Source: Candidatus Heimdallarchaeota archaeon
GTDB taxonomy: Archaea > Asgardarchaeota > Heimdallarchaeia > Heimdallarchaeales > Heimdallarchaeaceae
Length of the DNA stretch: 41,220 nt
Direction of reading: 5' to 3'
NCBI GenBank assembly: GCA_019057375.1
Contig: DXJF01000091.1
Span: 1 to 41,220 of the forward strand
Shown here: positions 19,125-30,549 of the stretch, piece by piece
How positions within the stretch are numbered: position 1 is the stretch's first letter
Layout of the letters: the number at the start of each line of letters is the position of its first letter
Made by a program: the position numbers and the translations under genes
Notes under the pieces: model-generated
The model's input: only the letters and a program-made list of their open reading frames with translations
Databases searched by the model: none
What the model was told of the DNA's origin: nothing

Positions 19125-19922
19125 TTGAAGAACTTACTTCAACCAGTAAAATACTTTATTTTTGATGTAGATGGTACACTTCTGTTAAGTAACAAAGTTC
19201 TTCCTTATGCTTCTGAAGTTATCAAATTAATACAAGAAAAAGAACTGGATTTTACGATTCTTTCAAACAATTCTTCATATTCAATTGCTGAAAATAAAGA
19301 AAGATTAGAGAGATTTTTAGGTGTTGAATTGGCTTACTCAAACATTTACACTTCTACACAGGCAACCATTGATTATTTATTGAAAAATCACTATAATCAA
19401 TGCTATATTGTTGGTACTCCTTCGATGATTGAAGACTTTGAAAATGCTGGAGTATTCAATACTGAGATAAATCCTAAAGCAATAGTTCTAGGTTTCGACA
19501 AAACTCTAACTTATGAAAAAATTGCTAAAACAGCAATTTTGTTGCAAGAGAAACCTGTAATTCCTTTCTTTGCAACACATCCTGACGATACATGTCCAAT
19601 TGAGAATGGTAAGATTCCAGATGTAGGTTCGTTTTTGAAAATGTTTGAACAAGCAACAGATAGAACAGCTAATATTATCTTCGGAAAACCCAATGAAATG
19701 ATTTTGAAACTCTGCTTAGGCAATTCACAGGTGAGTTTTTCAGAAGTTCTAGTTATTGGAGATAGACTGGAAACTGATATTAGAATGGCTAATTCTGTGG
19801 GGATTAATAGTGCGCTAGTACTTACAGGAGACACTCAAAGAGAGCATTTAGAAAAAAGTGATATATCTCCCACACTGATATGGCAAGATATGAAGATTCT
19901 TCATAAGTTTCTAAAAAAATGA
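19125..19922 (+). CDS. HAD-superfamily subfamily IIA hydrolase (NagD-like)
   Basis: FDVDGTL, LSNNS, THPD, GKP, IGDRLETDI. Confidence 0.92.
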   Translation: MKNLLQPVKYFIFDVDGTLLLSNKVLPYASEVIKLIQEKELDFTILSNNSSYSIAENKERLERFLGVELAYSNIYTSTQATIDYLLKNHYNQCYIVGTPSMIEDFENAGVFNTEINPKAIVLGFDKTLTYEKIAKTAILLQEKPVIPFFATHPDDTCPIENGKIPDVGSFLKMFEQATDRTANIIFGKPNEMILKLCLGNSQVSFSEVLVIGDRLETDIRMANSVGINSALVLTGDTQREHLEKSDISPTLIWQDMKILHKFLKK

Positions 19923-19923
19923 G

Positions 19924-20850
19924 TTATTTCAGAAATTTGACTATTTCCTTAATTGAATCCCATTGATTCTCAGAATATAACCAACCTAATACTACTCTAT
20001 TAACTAGTTTATTATTCTGAAACTCTCTAATTAGCTCCATCCTCTCAAGTACTTCTTCTAATGACCCTATAATACCAAAATCATTTACAATCTTTAATTT
20101 CTCGCCCTTTGGAACAGAAGTATAAGGTTCCCACTTAAGTTCTCGAATCTCTCTTATCATTTGTGTAGAATACCCATGTTCTTTCAATATCGATGTTGAA
20201 CAGCTTTTAGCTATATCCTTGGTAATATTCCACATGGTTTTGGAAATTTCTTGCTTATTTGATTGTATTTGCATCATTCCAAAGGGAATTATGGATTTAT
20301 TTGTATAGCTTTCATCTTTCTTGTATACGGCTAATGCTCGATTGATATCAACATTAGCTATACTATTAAGTAGTAAATATTCTGCTTTCTCTTTTGCATA
20401 GTTTAACATTTTATTCCCAAGACCACCAAAAGCCAGAGGTGGAAAATCATCTAATTCCAATTGCGTTTTTCTAACGTATGCAATTTCAAGTAGCTTATTC
20501 AGAGAGCTCTTAAAATTGCTAAAGGGTTTTAGAGAAATATCTTCATCTTTGAAAACATCTGGATTTCCAATTCCTAAACCTAATCCAAATCTATTAGGGA
20601 AATTATTGTTAAGCCAGACACTTAAAGCAAAAAGTACTTCGAGAGAATAATAGAAAGGAGAGGTAATTCCAGTCCAGATTTCAATATCCTTAACACCCCT
20701 CAATAATCTTCCAATATCCAAAAATGCATTATTTATTGGTGGATTGTCTCCTACCCAAATACTCTCAATACCAATTGATTTAGCGTCATGAGCATAAATT
20801 TCCTTTTCTTCTCCTGACATTCGTATTGGGATGGAAAGGCCCACTTTCAT
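19924..20850 (-). CDS. Luciferase-like (LLM-class, Mer-like) flavin oxidoreductase, divergent
   Basis: GIESIWVGD, GITSPF..RFGLGLGIG, LAFGGLG.KML, IIGSLEEV follow the LLM TIM-barrel pattern. Confidence 0.65.
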   Translation of the reverse strand: MKVGLSIPIRMSGEEKEIYAHDAKSIGIESIWVGDNPPINNAFLDIGRLLRGVKDIEIWTGITSPFYYSLEVLFALSVWLNNNFPNRFGLGLGIGNPDVFKDEDISLKPFSNFKSSLNKLLEIAYVRKTQLELDDFPPLAFGGLGNKMLNYAKEKAEYLLLNSIANVDINRALAVYKKDESYTNKSIIPFGMMQIQSNKQEISKTMWNITKDIAKSCSTSILKEHGYSTQMIREIRELKWEPYTSVPKGEKLKIVNDFGIIGSLEEVLERMELIREFQNNKLVNRVVLGWLYSENQWDSIKEIVKFLK

Positions 20851-20953
20851 ATAAATTAAGAAAGTATACTCATTTTTGTAGTTTGTGCTAGATTTAGTTG
20901 TTCCAATGTAAGTTTTTTATATATCAAGTTTTTTTTGTTAATAACGTGGTTTC

Positions 20954-21460
20954 ATGGAAAATATTCTTACAAGAAGAAGTATCAGAAAATTCCTTAGTAC
21001 TCCTGTATCTGATGATGATATAGATACTATCCTTAAAGCTGCTATGTGTGCTCCTTCAGCAGGTAATAAGCAACCTTGGGATTTCATAATTGTGAAAGAT
21101 AGAAAATTATTAGATAAGATACCAGAAATTCATCCGTATGCGCAAATGGCTCAAGAAGCTTCAGTAGCAATCATTGTATGTGGGGATACAAGACGTACAG
21201 ATGGCAGAGGTTTTTGGGTACAAGACTGTGCAGCAGCATCTCAAAATATTCTTTTAGCTGCAAATTCCTTAGGGTTGGGTAGCGTTTGGTGTGGAATTTA
21301 TCCAAAGCAAGATCTATATGAAAAATTCCAAGAACTGTTTAACTTACCAAAAGAAGTTTACCCTGTTTCTTTCATACCCATAGGTTACTCTGCAGAAGAG
21401 AAACCTCCTGCTGAACGTTATGACGAAAATAGATTACATTATAATAAATGGAAAGAATAA
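20954..21460 (+). CDS. Nitroreductase-family protein
   Basis: RRSIRKF, APSAGNKQPWDF, DCAAASQNILLAANSLGLGSVW. Confidence 0.93.
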   Translation: MENILTRRSIRKFLSTPVSDDDIDTILKAAMCAPSAGNKQPWDFIIVKDRKLLDKIPEIHPYAQMAQEASVAIIVCGDTRRTDGRGFWVQDCAAASQNILLAANSLGLGSVWCGIYPKQDLYEKFQELFNLPKEVYPVSFIPIGYSAEEKPPAERYDENRLHYNKWKE

Positions 21461-21489
21461 GCAAAAAAGAAGGAAAATTTAATTTTTTA

Positions 21490-22311
21490 TCAAGTCATCT
21501 TTATAATAGCTTTTTCTCTATTAAAGATATTAGTTGCCAATTTAAAAAGAATGACTATAATTACTACCATCACTGCTACTCCTCCAATAAGTGTAGCGAT
21601 GGAATTGAAGAAAAAACTAAGCATTCCAGCTAGAATTAGAAAAATTAATGGAAGAACTACCAGAGATCCTATCTGATATGAATCTCTTACACTCTTTACT
21701 TTTGTTGAAATCATGATCATTAATTCTACGCTGATAATTGAAATCATTGGTCCAAAAACTAGTACAAAAATAAGAGACAGGAAGTCAGGAAATAGTATTT
21801 GACCTATGAAAGGATAGACAAGTATATCTGTAATTATCGTAAAACCTGTAGCTGCAATAAACGTTGCAAAGAATGAAGGAATTAACGAAGAAATGATTTT
21901 AGCAAAAACTATCTCAGTTTCTGTTATTGGCGATGCTAAAATAGCTTCCATAGTCTTTCTCTCCTTCTCTCCTACAATTGTTTCAGAAGCTGTTACAGCA
22001 GGGATAATTATAGGAAGCATTAAAACCATCACGAACATAAGATATGCCATCATAATTAGTGTTTGAGCTTGCATATTCAGTGATGCCCAATCATCTACAC
22101 TAGACGCAAATAAGTTGTTAATAAAACTAGGAAAAGTATCGTCTCCTTCAAATTCAGCTGGATTTATTTTAGCAATGGGTAACAGAGTAGTTACTGGGAT
22201 CAGAACAGCAAAAAGAAGAGGGATTCCTATTATAGCTGAAAGAACATATTTTGACTTTGTAAACTCCATAAGATCCTTTTTGACTAAAGCCCAGATTCTT
22301 CTCCATTTCAT
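21490..22311 (-). CDS. ABC-2 type transporter permease
   Basis: GEKERKTMEAILASP and AKI motifs; about 6 TM helices. Overlaps the ATPase stop by 4 bp. Confidence 0.88.
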   Translation of the reverse strand: MKWRRIWALVKKDLMEFTKSKYVLSAIIGIPLLFAVLIPVTTLLPIAKINPAEFEGDDTFPSFINNLFASSVDDWASLNMQAQTLIMMAYLMFVMVLMLPIIIPAVTASETIVGEKERKTMEAILASPITETEIVFAKIISSLIPSFFATFIAATGFTIITDILVYPFIGQILFPDFLSLIFVLVFGPMISIISVELMIMISTKVKSVRDSYQIGSLVVLPLIFLILAGMLSFFFNSIATLIGGVAVMVVIIVILFKLATNIFNREKAIIKMT

Positions 22312-23297
22312 GATTCTTCCTCCTCTTGGTTTCGTGGAAGATTTTCACTCATCACTAGTTCCAGATATACTCGCTCTAATGTAGGATATTCGTGCCTAAC
22401 TTCAAACATAGGCAAATTCTGTTTGATTAATTCATCAATAATAGTAGGAGTTTCCTTTTCTATTTCCTTGATGAAGATAGAGATAGATTTTCTTTCAGGA
22501 TTAATATCTAAAACATCATAATTCCTTTCCTGGAAGAAGTTTTTGATGACATCATTCCAAACTGCAAACTTGAAAACTGTTGTTGTTTCATCTTTCTTTA
22601 AATCGCGAAGCTGATTTGGAGTTCCTTCAGAGATTAGTTTTCCATGATTAATTATTCCAACCCTCGTAGAAAGTCTTTCAGCTTCAAAGAGATTATGGGT
22701 ACATAAGAAGAAAGTTCGTTTTTCTAGTTTGGATAACTTCAAAATTTGATCTCTAACAACTTTAGCAGATTCTGGAGCTAGTGATGCAGTTGGTTCATCT
22801 AGAAAAATTACAGGTGGATCATGTATCATCGATCTCGCAATAGCTACCTTCTGTCTCATTCCCTTACTTAATGAACCAGCAGGTAAATCAATTTTTTCTG
22901 GTAAATCAAAAAGATCAATTAATTCTTCGATTCTTGGTTTGATTTCCTCTTTAGGAACATCATATAAGTTAGCAATAAATGTTAAATTTTGACGCACTGT
23001 CAATCTTTCATAAAGTGCTGGAGTTTCAGTTAGAAGACCTACTATACTTCTTACTTGAGAAGCATCGTCTACAACATCAAGTCCAAGAATTCGAGCTCCA
23101 CCAACAGAAGGGCGTAAAATTCCAGCTAAAAGGCGTGAAGTGGTGGTTTTACCAGATCCATTTGGGCCTAAAAGACTGTAGATTTCTGATTTTTCAATCG
23201 CCAAATCAAGACCATCAACTGCTCTAAGGTGAGCTCTTTTTCCCTCCTTTTTTATATCATAATCTTTAGTTAAGTTTCTAGTCTCTACAGCTAGCAT
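22308..23297 (-). CDS. ABC transporter ATP-binding protein
   Basis: GPNGSGKTT, LSKGMRQK, FLDEPT, CTH. Confidence 0.93.
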   Translation of the reverse strand: MLAVETRNLTKDYDIKKEGKRAHLRAVDGLDLAIEKSEIYSLLGPNGSGKTTTSRLLAGILRPSVGGARILGLDVVDDASQVRSIVGLLTETPALYERLTVRQNLTFIANLYDVPKEEIKPRIEELIDLFDLPEKIDLPAGSLSKGMRQKVAIARSMIHDPPVIFLDEPTASLAPESAKVVRDQILKLSKLEKRTFFLCTHNLFEAERLSTRVGIINHGKLISEGTPNQLRDLKKDETTTVFKFAVWNDVIKNFFQERNYDVLDINPERKSISIFIKEIEKETPTIIDELIKQNLPMFEVRHEYPTLERVYLELVMSENLPRNQEEEES

Positions 23298-23360
23298 CCC
23301 TTATCAAATTCAAAAAGCTCGAGATGGTAATAAATCTTTGGAAACTAAAATTAAGTTTGT

Positions 23361-24623
23361 TTATCCACTTTCATCTATTATCTTTCGAAGAGTATTGACC
23401 AACTTCCACACATCTTCATAACTATTACTCAAGGGGGAAGGTGTAAATCTTAAGAAATTTGGAGGACGAAAGTCATGAATCACATTATATTCCATTAACT
23501 CCTCATGAATTGCCATAGCTTCTTCATGTTCAAGTGCTATATGTCCTCCCCTTTGATTAGGCAACCTAGGAGTCCCGAGTTTGAAATTATAAGGCTCATC
23601 TGTAAGCAAATTATCAACTAGATAAATAAGATATGATGTCATCTTCAGTGATTTCTCGCGAATGTTTTCTATTCCTGCTCGAAGTATAAGTTCTAATGCC
23701 CCTTCTAAAGCAGCAGAACCTAATATTGCAGGAGAAGAGATCTGCCAACCACCTGCCCCTCTAGATTGTTCAAAATGCAGATTCATTTCGAATTGCTTTT
23801 CTTTGATATACCCAAACCATCCAGTTAGTGCTGCATCTTTATCAAAATGTTTCTCATTAACGTATATGAAAGCACTAGATCCAGGTCCAGCGTTGAGATA
23901 TTTATATGAACACCAAAAAGCAAAATCAATCCCCCATTCATCAAATTGGTGGGGAACTACGCCGACTGAGTGAGAGCAATCCCAGCCTATTAAAACATCC
24001 TTTTTATGAGCATTTTCTGTAATTCCCTCAATATCTAATAATTGGCCACTCCTGAAAAGAACAGAAGGTAAAATTACTAAGGCAACATCTTTAGAAATCA
24101 TCCGTTTTATTTTCGCTTCATCAAGGAATTTTCCATCTTCACTTTTAACTAGTTTGAGATGTTTATTCGGATCTAGATTCTTGAGTTTTACTTGGCTTTG
24201 TAAGGCATAGATATCAGTAGGAAAATTGAGTTCATCAGCGAGAATCTTATTTTTTTCTTCTGTTGGTTGATAGAAAGTACTTACAAGCGAATGAAGATTT
24301 ATTGTAGTAGTACCTGTAGCTACCACTTCTTCAGGCTTAGCTCCTACTAGAGAAGCTGCTTTTGCTCCGAGTTTTTCTGCATGATAAAACCATGGATTAT
24401 CTTCATTAGTCCAGCCTTGAACACCTAGATTTTTCCACTCATCAAGAACACGAAGAAGAGTAGTTGCAGCATCCTTAGATAGTAATCCTAGGGAGTTGCC
24501 ATTTAGATAAATAGTATCAGTGGGGGTGAAGAATCTTTCCTTAAAGTGACTTAAATAATCTGTTGAATCCATCTTTTTAGCCATATTTAAACTAAATTCT
24601 TCTGAATCACTCATAGCTTTCAA
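23361..24623 (-). CDS. kynU: Kynureninase (PLP-dependent)
   Basis: YLNGNSLG, FPTDIYA, WDCSHSVG, WCSYKYLNAGPG with the PLP lysine, RGGH, DFRPP. The start may be ATG 24614. Confidence 0.92.
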   Translation of the reverse strand: MKAMSDSEEFSLNMAKKMDSTDYLSHFKERFFTPTDTIYLNGNSLGLLSKDAATTLLRVLDEWKNLGVQGWTNEDNPWFYHAEKLGAKAASLVGAKPEEVVATGTTTINLHSLVSTFYQPTEEKNKILADELNFPTDIYALQSQVKLKNLDPNKHLKLVKSEDGKFLDEAKIKRMISKDVALVILPSVLFRSGQLLDIEGITENAHKKDVLIGWDCSHSVGVVPHQFDEWGIDFAFWCSYKYLNAGPGSSAFIYVNEKHFDKDAALTGWFGYIKEKQFEMNLHFEQSRGAGGWQISSPAILGSAALEGALELILRAGIENIREKSLKMTSYLIYLVDNLLTDEPYNFKLGTPRLPNQRGGHIALEHEEAMAIHEELMEYNVIHDFRPPNFLRFTPSPLSNSYEDVWKLVNTLRKIIDESG

Positions 24624-24688
24624 CTAGAAAAGCAATAGAAGAGATAAATACTTTATGGATAAGATTTTGATTATTTTTTTCTTTCTGA

Positions 24689-27600
24689 TTAAAGAGCTTG
24701 TTTTAGATATTTCCAAGTATAACCGTTTTCAGCTGTAACTAAGTCAGAAACAGTACCTTCTGCAACTAGAAAACCACCATTTCTGGATCCACCATCTGGT
24801 CCTAAATCAATTATTCTGTCAGCCTGCTTAATAATATCCATGTTATGATCAATTATCACAACTGTGTTCTCTTCATCAGCTAACCTATGGAGAACTGAAA
24901 TCAGTTTATCTATATCATAGAAATGAAGTCCTTGCGAAGGTTCATCGAGCAAGTATATACTCTTATCGTGAGTTCTTCTAGAAAGCTCTCTGCTTATTTT
25001 AAGACGTTCTGCTTCTCCCCCAGAAATTGTTGTTGTAGGTTGCCCCATCTTCAAATATCCTAGTCCAACATCTACAGCTAATTGTAATGGTCGATGTATT
25101 TTTTCAATATTTGAGAAAAGTTCTGCAGCTTCTTCAACTGTCATTTCCAAAATATCTGAAATTGTTTTCTTCTTATATCTTACAGAAAGTATTTTTTTCT
25201 TGTATCTTTTTCTTCTACATAAAGGACATAAAATCCAAACATCTGACAGGAAAAGCAACTCTATTCTTCTTTCTCCCAACCCTCGACATTCAGGACATTG
25301 ACCTTTTGAAGTGTTAAAACTAAAGTGACCTGAAGTTAATCCTTTAGCTTTAGCTTCTGGTAATGTTGCGAAGAATTGTCTAATCTCATCGAAAACTCCA
25401 AGATAAGTAGCTGGATTAGATCTTCTTGATTTACTTAAAGTAGATTGGTCTACAATTATTACTTTTTCAAGGTTATCATAACCAGAAATTGATTTATGTT
25501 TACCAACTTCAGTCTTTTTTCCATGAACTTGTTTCTCTAAACATTTCTGAAGAGTATCAATAACTAGAGAGGATTTACCTGCACCTGAGACTCCAGTCAC
25601 TGCAGTGATAAGACCTTTACCAAACTTAACGTCGATATTCTTCAAGTTGTTTTGTGATGCTCCCTTAATTTCAATATACGAATCAGTTTTCCTATTTTTA
25701 TTAGGTGTTTTTATTTTCTTTGTTCCTTGAATATAACCAGCTGTTAAGATATCATCTCTTTTTAGAAGTTCTTCAGTTGGACCTATCGCTACAACTTCTC
25801 CTCCTTGGTCACCTCCAAGAGGGCCAAGCTCTATTAGAATATCTGAGTTCTTGATTATTATATCATCATGTTCAACTACTATTACATGATTAGCATTATC
25901 TCTTAATTTTTTCAGAGTAGTGAGAAGCTTATTTATGTCCTTGGGATGAAGCCCGATCGTTGGCTCGTCGAGCACATATGTGACTCCTATTAGTCCGCTA
26001 CCTATTTGTGACGCTAACCTTATTCTTTGTGCTTCTCCGTTTGATAATGTGCTAGACCTTCTATCTAAAGTTAAGTAACTTAATCCTACATCTACGAGAT
26101 ATTCTGCTCTTTTCTTGAGCTCTATTAAAATCCGTTCTGCAATTTTAGCTCTTCTCTTATCTAGCTTCAAATTGGTTAAGAAATCTAAAAAATCCTCCAC
26201 TGCGAATCTTGAGAGATCATTAATTGATATATCACCAACAGTTATCGAAAGAACCTCTGGTTTGAGTTTCTTTCCAGCACAATCTGAACAGCTGTATTCA
26301 CTATAATATTGATTCATTTTTTCCTTGCTTTTCTTTGACCAAGCTGAATCTGACTCTCTATCCATCCAATCATCCCAGCGTTTGATCAATCCTTCCCATT
26401 CTCCCTTTCTCGTGTATTCTGAAGTTGATCGAGCTCTCTCCTGAATCACTTTAAGTTCAACTTCCTCACCTTTTGATCCATAGAATATTCCATCCATTTG
26501 TTGCGGTGTAAAATCTTTCATTGGCATGTCTAAGGTGAAACCAAAGTGTTTTCCAACTGATTCAAGCATAGCTCTCCTCCATGACCTAGGATTTGACATT
26601 CTCTGAGCTGAGTAAGGACCTATAGCTCCTTCACTTATTGATTTATCCCAATCAGTAATAAGTTTTCGAATGTCAAATTGTCTGATTACTCCTAGACCTG
26701 TACATGTTTGACATGCTCCAGAATAATGATTAAAACTGAATAATCTTGGATGAATATCCTCAGGAGCTTCATAGTCATGATCGATACATTCTGCATAAAT
26801 AGAGTAAGTGTATTTCTCACCATTGAGATATACTTCTGTTCTCCCCTTCCCTAATCCAACAGCTGTTTCAACAGCTTCAGCTATTCTTGAGATGTTCTCT
26901 TTCTTCACAATTATCCTATCTAGTGCAGCCGATAAAGAAGTTGATTTTTTTGTTTTTATTTCTTCATCAATCTGGTAATCCTTCCCATCAACTACAACTC
27001 TGTTATATCCTTGCTTTCTTAACTCATCAATAGTTTTCTTGATATCCTTCTCTTCACCATTCGATAAAGAAGCAGCAACAATAATGTTTTTGTCCTTATA
27101 TTCTTTTGAAATAAGTTTAGCTATTTCATCTATGGTTCGCGATTTCAAGACTATCTGACATTGAGGGCAATGAGGAATACCTATCTTAGCATAAAGCAAT
27201 CTTAAGTAATCATAAATTTCAGTTGTTGTTGCAACTGTAGAACGAGGATTCTTTGATATGGAATGCTGGTCTATTGCGATGGAGGGAGTTAATCCTATTA
27301 TATCATCGACATCTGCTCTTTCGGCTTTTGAGAGAAACTGTCTTGCATAACTACTAAGAGATTCAACAAATCTTCTTTGACCCTCCGCAAAGAGCGTATC
27401 TATTGCTAGAGAACTTTTACCAGAGCCACTGGGACCTGTTATAACCACTAATTTTTCTTTAGGAATATCCAAATTGATGTTCTTCAGATTGTTCTTCGAA
27501 GCTCCTCTGACATATAGATAATTGGCTGGATCCAGATCTTCTTCATGGATGCTCTTCTTACCTTTATCTATAGCTCGAATCTCATTGAATAACACTTTAC

Positions 27601-30448
27601 GAAGTGCTAAACCTGTGTAAGAGAGTTCATTTTCAGCTAATTCTTCTGGTGTTCCAAAATCAACCACATATCCCCCATTTTCCATCCCTCCTTCAGGACC
27701 TAAATCTAATACATAATCACTCGATTTTATTACATCGAGATTATGTTCGATCATCAAGCAAGTGTTACCATTTGAGACTAACCTTTGAAGCACAGCTAAC
27801 AACTTCTTAATATCCTCAAAACTAAGCCCTGTTGTAGATTCATCAAGTATGTAAAGTGTTTGCCCTGTTGCTCTTTTGGATAATTCACGACTAAGTTTAA
27901 TTCTTTGTCCTTCTCCTCCTGAGATTGTTGTACTTGGTTGTCCTAGTTGAATATAATCAAGTCCAACATCAACTAGCGTTTGAAGAATTCTGCTAATTTT
28001 TGGAATGTTCTCAAATACCTTAATCGCTTTACTTACAGTCATGTTAAGAATATCAGCAATTGAATGACCCAAGTACTTGATTTTTAACGTTTCATCATCA
28101 TATCTTTTACCTTTACAAATCTCACATTCAACATCTACATTTGGTAAAAGTGACATTTCTATGATGTTATAACCATGTCCATTGCAAGCTTCACATCTTC
28201 CGATTTTAGTATTGAAGCTAAATCTTGTTTTATTGTATCCCCTAATTTTTGCTGTAGGTAGAGACGCGAATAAATCTCTTATGGGGTCCATTACTTTAGT
28301 ATATGTAGCTGGATTTGATCTTGTAGTTCTGCCAATAGGTGATTGATCTATAACAACTACTTTGTCAATATTTTCAGTCCCTTCAATCGACTCATACTTA
28401 CCTTCCTTGTGAGTACCATTGTGCAATTTGTTAACTAATATAGGATACAAAGTATCTGCAACTAAAGAAGATTTACCACTTCCTGAGACACCGGTAACAG
28501 CTGTAAAGGTTCCAATGGGGATATTGACAGTGATATTTTTAAGATTGTTATGGGAAGCACCTTTTAATGTAATAAAAGTTTCACTTTCTCTTCTGATTTT
28601 GGGAGTTTCTATTTCATCTAAACCAAGTAGATATCTAGCTGTGACTGATTCTTTTCCATCTTCTACCGTAAGATTCTCTGGTTCTTTCAAGAATAGAAAA
28701 TGTCCTCCTTCATCACCTGCATAAGGACCTAAATCTAATAGTAAATCAGCTGTTCTCATGGTATCTTCATCATGCTCTACAACCAATAAGCTATTACCAC
28801 CATCTCTGAGAATTTGTAAAGAATTGAGCAGTTTTTCATTATCTCTGTTTGCTAAACCGATCGATGGCTCGTCCAGGATATAGGTAACGCCTTGAAGTTT
28901 TGAACCAATTTGAGTTGCTAATCTGGTTCGTTGACTTTCCCCCCCACTTAGTTCATTTGCTCCTCTATCAAGAGAAAGGTAATGTAATCCTACTTCAATT
29001 AGAAAAGATAATCTGTTTCTGATTTCTTTGAGTAAAGGTTTAGCTATGATAGTTTCTTCTTCATTCAAATCCACTTTATTGAAGAATTCTAAACACTTGT
29101 CGATTTCAAGTTTGTTCAACTCAGCTATATTTTTTCCTTTAAATAAAACTGCAAGACTTTCTGGTTTTAATCTGTACCCATTACAATCAGGACAAGTAGA
29201 TTGATCCATCAATCTCTCTAGCATCTTTTTTCTATTTTCAGCTGAAACTCTATGATAAGCTTCAGATGTTAACGGAATCATTCCTTTCCATCTAGCTGTC
29301 CATTCTCCCTTTCCACTCCATTTACTGGTTTCTGTATCCCAGCTCCATTGGAAGTGATATTCTTGTTTTCCTGTACCATAAAGCATGATATCTTGTTGTT
29401 CCTTGGTTAAATCCTTCCAAGGTGTACTAAGATTGAAACCATGCTCTTTTGCTATTCTATCAAGATTCTTGAGTCCTAAGGAGACGTATGTAATGTGTTT
29501 TTTAGTACTGGTCATTGTAGCTATCGCACCTTCAGCAATGGATAGTTCTGGATGTGCAACAAATTTCTCAGGAACTATCTGAGAAATTTTACCAATACCT
29601 CTGCATCTTTGACATGCTCCAACAGCAGTGTTATGTGAGAAATCTCTTGGATTAAACTCATTCACAGCTATACCACATGTAGGGCATACTAATTTTGTTG
29701 AAAATATTCTTTGATTTTTTTCACCGATAATTTTTAATTTACCTGTTGAGAGCTCTAAAGCTAAGTTTACACTATCAAGTATAGAAGGTTCATTTTTTCT
29801 TTCACACTTGTTTCTGTCAATAATGATTTCTAAGTCATGGGCTACATATCTTTCAAGTGTAACTTCCTCATCATCTAGATTGACTTCTTTTCCATCGATA
29901 ATGAGTCTTACGTATCCTTCTTCTTTCCACTGGGTGAGCTCTTTTCTATATTCACCCTTTCTTTTCTCAAACATCGGGGCAACTATCTTGATTCGTTGTC
30001 CATCAAATGAAGCAAAAATCTGTTCGATAACTTGATCTGTGGGCTGAGCTTCAATTTTATCTTTACATGCTGGGCAATGTGGGATTCCTACTCTCGCAAA
30101 TAGAACCCTCATATAATCATAAATTTCAGTTAATGTTCCAACTGTACTTCTTGGGTTTCTAGATATTGTCTTCTGATCAATTGAGATAGTTGGTCTTAAT
30201 CCATCAATATGTTCTACATCAGGTCTATCAAAATTACCAATGAATTGTCTAGCATAAGCTGATAATGTTTCCATGTATCGTCTCTGGGCTTCTAAGTAAA
30301 TTGTGTCAAAAGCTAGAGAACTTTTTCCGCTTCCAGAGATTCCTGATATAACTACTAGTTTATCATGCGGAATCTCCACTGAAACATTCCTTAAATTATT
30401 CTCTTGTGCACCCACAACTTTTATCGAATCTTTCACCACAGCAGACAC
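24689..30448 (-). CDS. uvrA: Double-length (tandem-fused) UvrA excinuclease subunit
   Basis: Four Walker A motifs ([32 protein letters not shown]), four signature/Walker B sets and two full sets of Cys zinc sites in one uninterrupted 1919-aa ORF. Confidence 0.93.
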   Translation of the reverse strand: MSAVVKDSIKVVGAQENNLRNVSVEIPHDKLVVISGISGSGKSSLAFDTIYLEAQRRYMETLSAYARQFIGNFDRPDVEHIDGLRPTISIDQKTISRNPRSTVGTLTEIYDYMRVLFARVGIPHCPACKDKIEAQPTDQVIEQIFASFDGQRIKIVAPMFEKRKGEYRKELTQWKEEGYVRLIIDGKEVNLDDEEVTLERYVAHDLEIIIDRNKCERKNEPSILDSVNLALELSTGKLKIIGEKNQRIFSTKLVCPTCGIAVNEFNPRDFSHNTAVGACQRCRGIGKISQIVPEKFVAHPELSIAEGAIATMTSTKKHITYVSLGLKNLDRIAKEHGFNLSTPWKDLTKEQQDIMLYGTGKQEYHFQWSWDTETSKWSGKGEWTARWKGMIPLTSEAYHRVSAENRKKMLERLMDQSTCPDCNGYRLKPESLAVLFKGKNIAELNKLEIDKCLEFFNKVDLNEEETIIAKPLLKEIRNRLSFLIEVGLHYLSLDRGANELSGGESQRTRLATQIGSKLQGVTYILDEPSIGLANRDNEKLLNSLQILRDGGNSLLVVEHDEDTMRTADLLLDLGPYAGDEGGHFLFLKEPENLTVEDGKESVTARYLLGLDEIETPKIRRESETFITLKGASHNNLKNITVNIPIGTFTAVTGVSGSGKSSLVADTLYPILVNKLHNGTHKEGKYESIEGTENIDKVVVIDQSPIGRTTRSNPATYTKVMDPIRDLFASLPTAKIRGYNKTRFSFNTKIGRCEACNGHGYNIIEMSLLPNVDVECEICKGKRYDDETLKIKYLGHSIADILNMTVSKAIKVFENIPKISRILQTLVDVGLDYIQLGQPSTTISGGEGQRIKLSRELSKRATGQTLYILDESTTGLSFEDIKKLLAVLQRLVSNGNTCLMIEHNLDVIKSSDYVLDLGPEGGMENGGYVVDFGTPEELAENELSYTGLALRKVLFNEIRAIDKGKKSIHEEDLDPANYLYVRGASKNNLKNINLDIPKEKLVVITGPSGSGKSSLAIDTLFAEGQRRFVESLSSYARQFLSKAERADVDDIIGLTPSIAIDQHSISKNPRSTVATTTEIYDYLRLLYAKIGIPHCPQCQIVLKSRTIDEIAKLISKEYKDKNIIVAASLSNGEEKDIKKTIDELRKQGYNRVVVDGKDYQIDEEIKTKKSTSLSAALDRIIVKKENISRIAEAVETAVGLGKGRTEVYLNGEKYTYSIYAECIDHDYEAPEDIHPRLFSFNHYSGACQTCTGLGVIRQFDIRKLITDWDKSISEGAIGPYSAQRMSNPRSWRRAMLESVGKHFGFTLDMPMKDFTPQQMDGIFYGSKGEEVELKVIQERARSTSEYTRKGEWEGLIKRWDDWMDRESDSAWSKKSKEKMNQYYSEYSCSDCAGKKLKPEVLSITVGDISINDLSRFAVEDFLDFLTNLKLDKRRAKIAERILIELKKRAEYLVDVGLSYLTLDRRSSTLSNGEAQRIRLASQIGSGLIGVTYVLDEPTIGLHPKDINKLLTTLKKLRDNANHVIVVEHDDIIIKNSDILIELGPLGGDQGGEVVAIGPTEELLKRDDILTAGYIQGTKKIKTPNKNRKTDSYIEIKGASQNNLKNIDVKFGKGLITAVTGVSGAGKSSLVIDTLQKCLEKQVHGKKTEVGKHKSISGYDNLEKVIIVDQSTLSKSRRSNPATYLGVFDEIRQFFATLPEAKAKGLTSGHFSFNTSKGQCPECRGLGERRIELLFLSDVWILCPLCRRKRYKKKILSVRYKKKTISDILEMTVEEAAELFSNIEKIHRPLQLAVDVGLGYLKMGQPTTTISGGEAERLKISRELSRRTHDKSIYLLDEPSQGLHFYDIDKLISVLHRLADEENTVVIIDHNMDIIKQADRIIDLGPDGGSRNGGFLVAEGTVSDLVTAENGYTWKYLKQAL

Positions 30449-30549
30449 CCAAAATTGATACAGAAGCCTATAAACACACTCTTGATTTCACTATATAAAT
30501 GTGAAGTTTTGCTTAAAAACTTATAAATTAGTAAGAAATTTCAATTGTT
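30449..30549. promoter_or_regulatory. Divergent uvrA/MFS promoter with two TATA boxes
   Basis: TTTATATA on the - strand at about 30492-30499 serves uvrA. AAAAAC-TTATAAAT at 30515-30528 on the + strand lies about 22-29 bp before the MFS ATG, which fits a leaderless transcript. Confidence 0.55.

Noticed and set aside
27520-27580. Frameshift or readthrough joining two separate uvrA genes
   Set aside because: The frame is continuous with no stop or slippery run at the linker, so it is a true single ORF as assembled.
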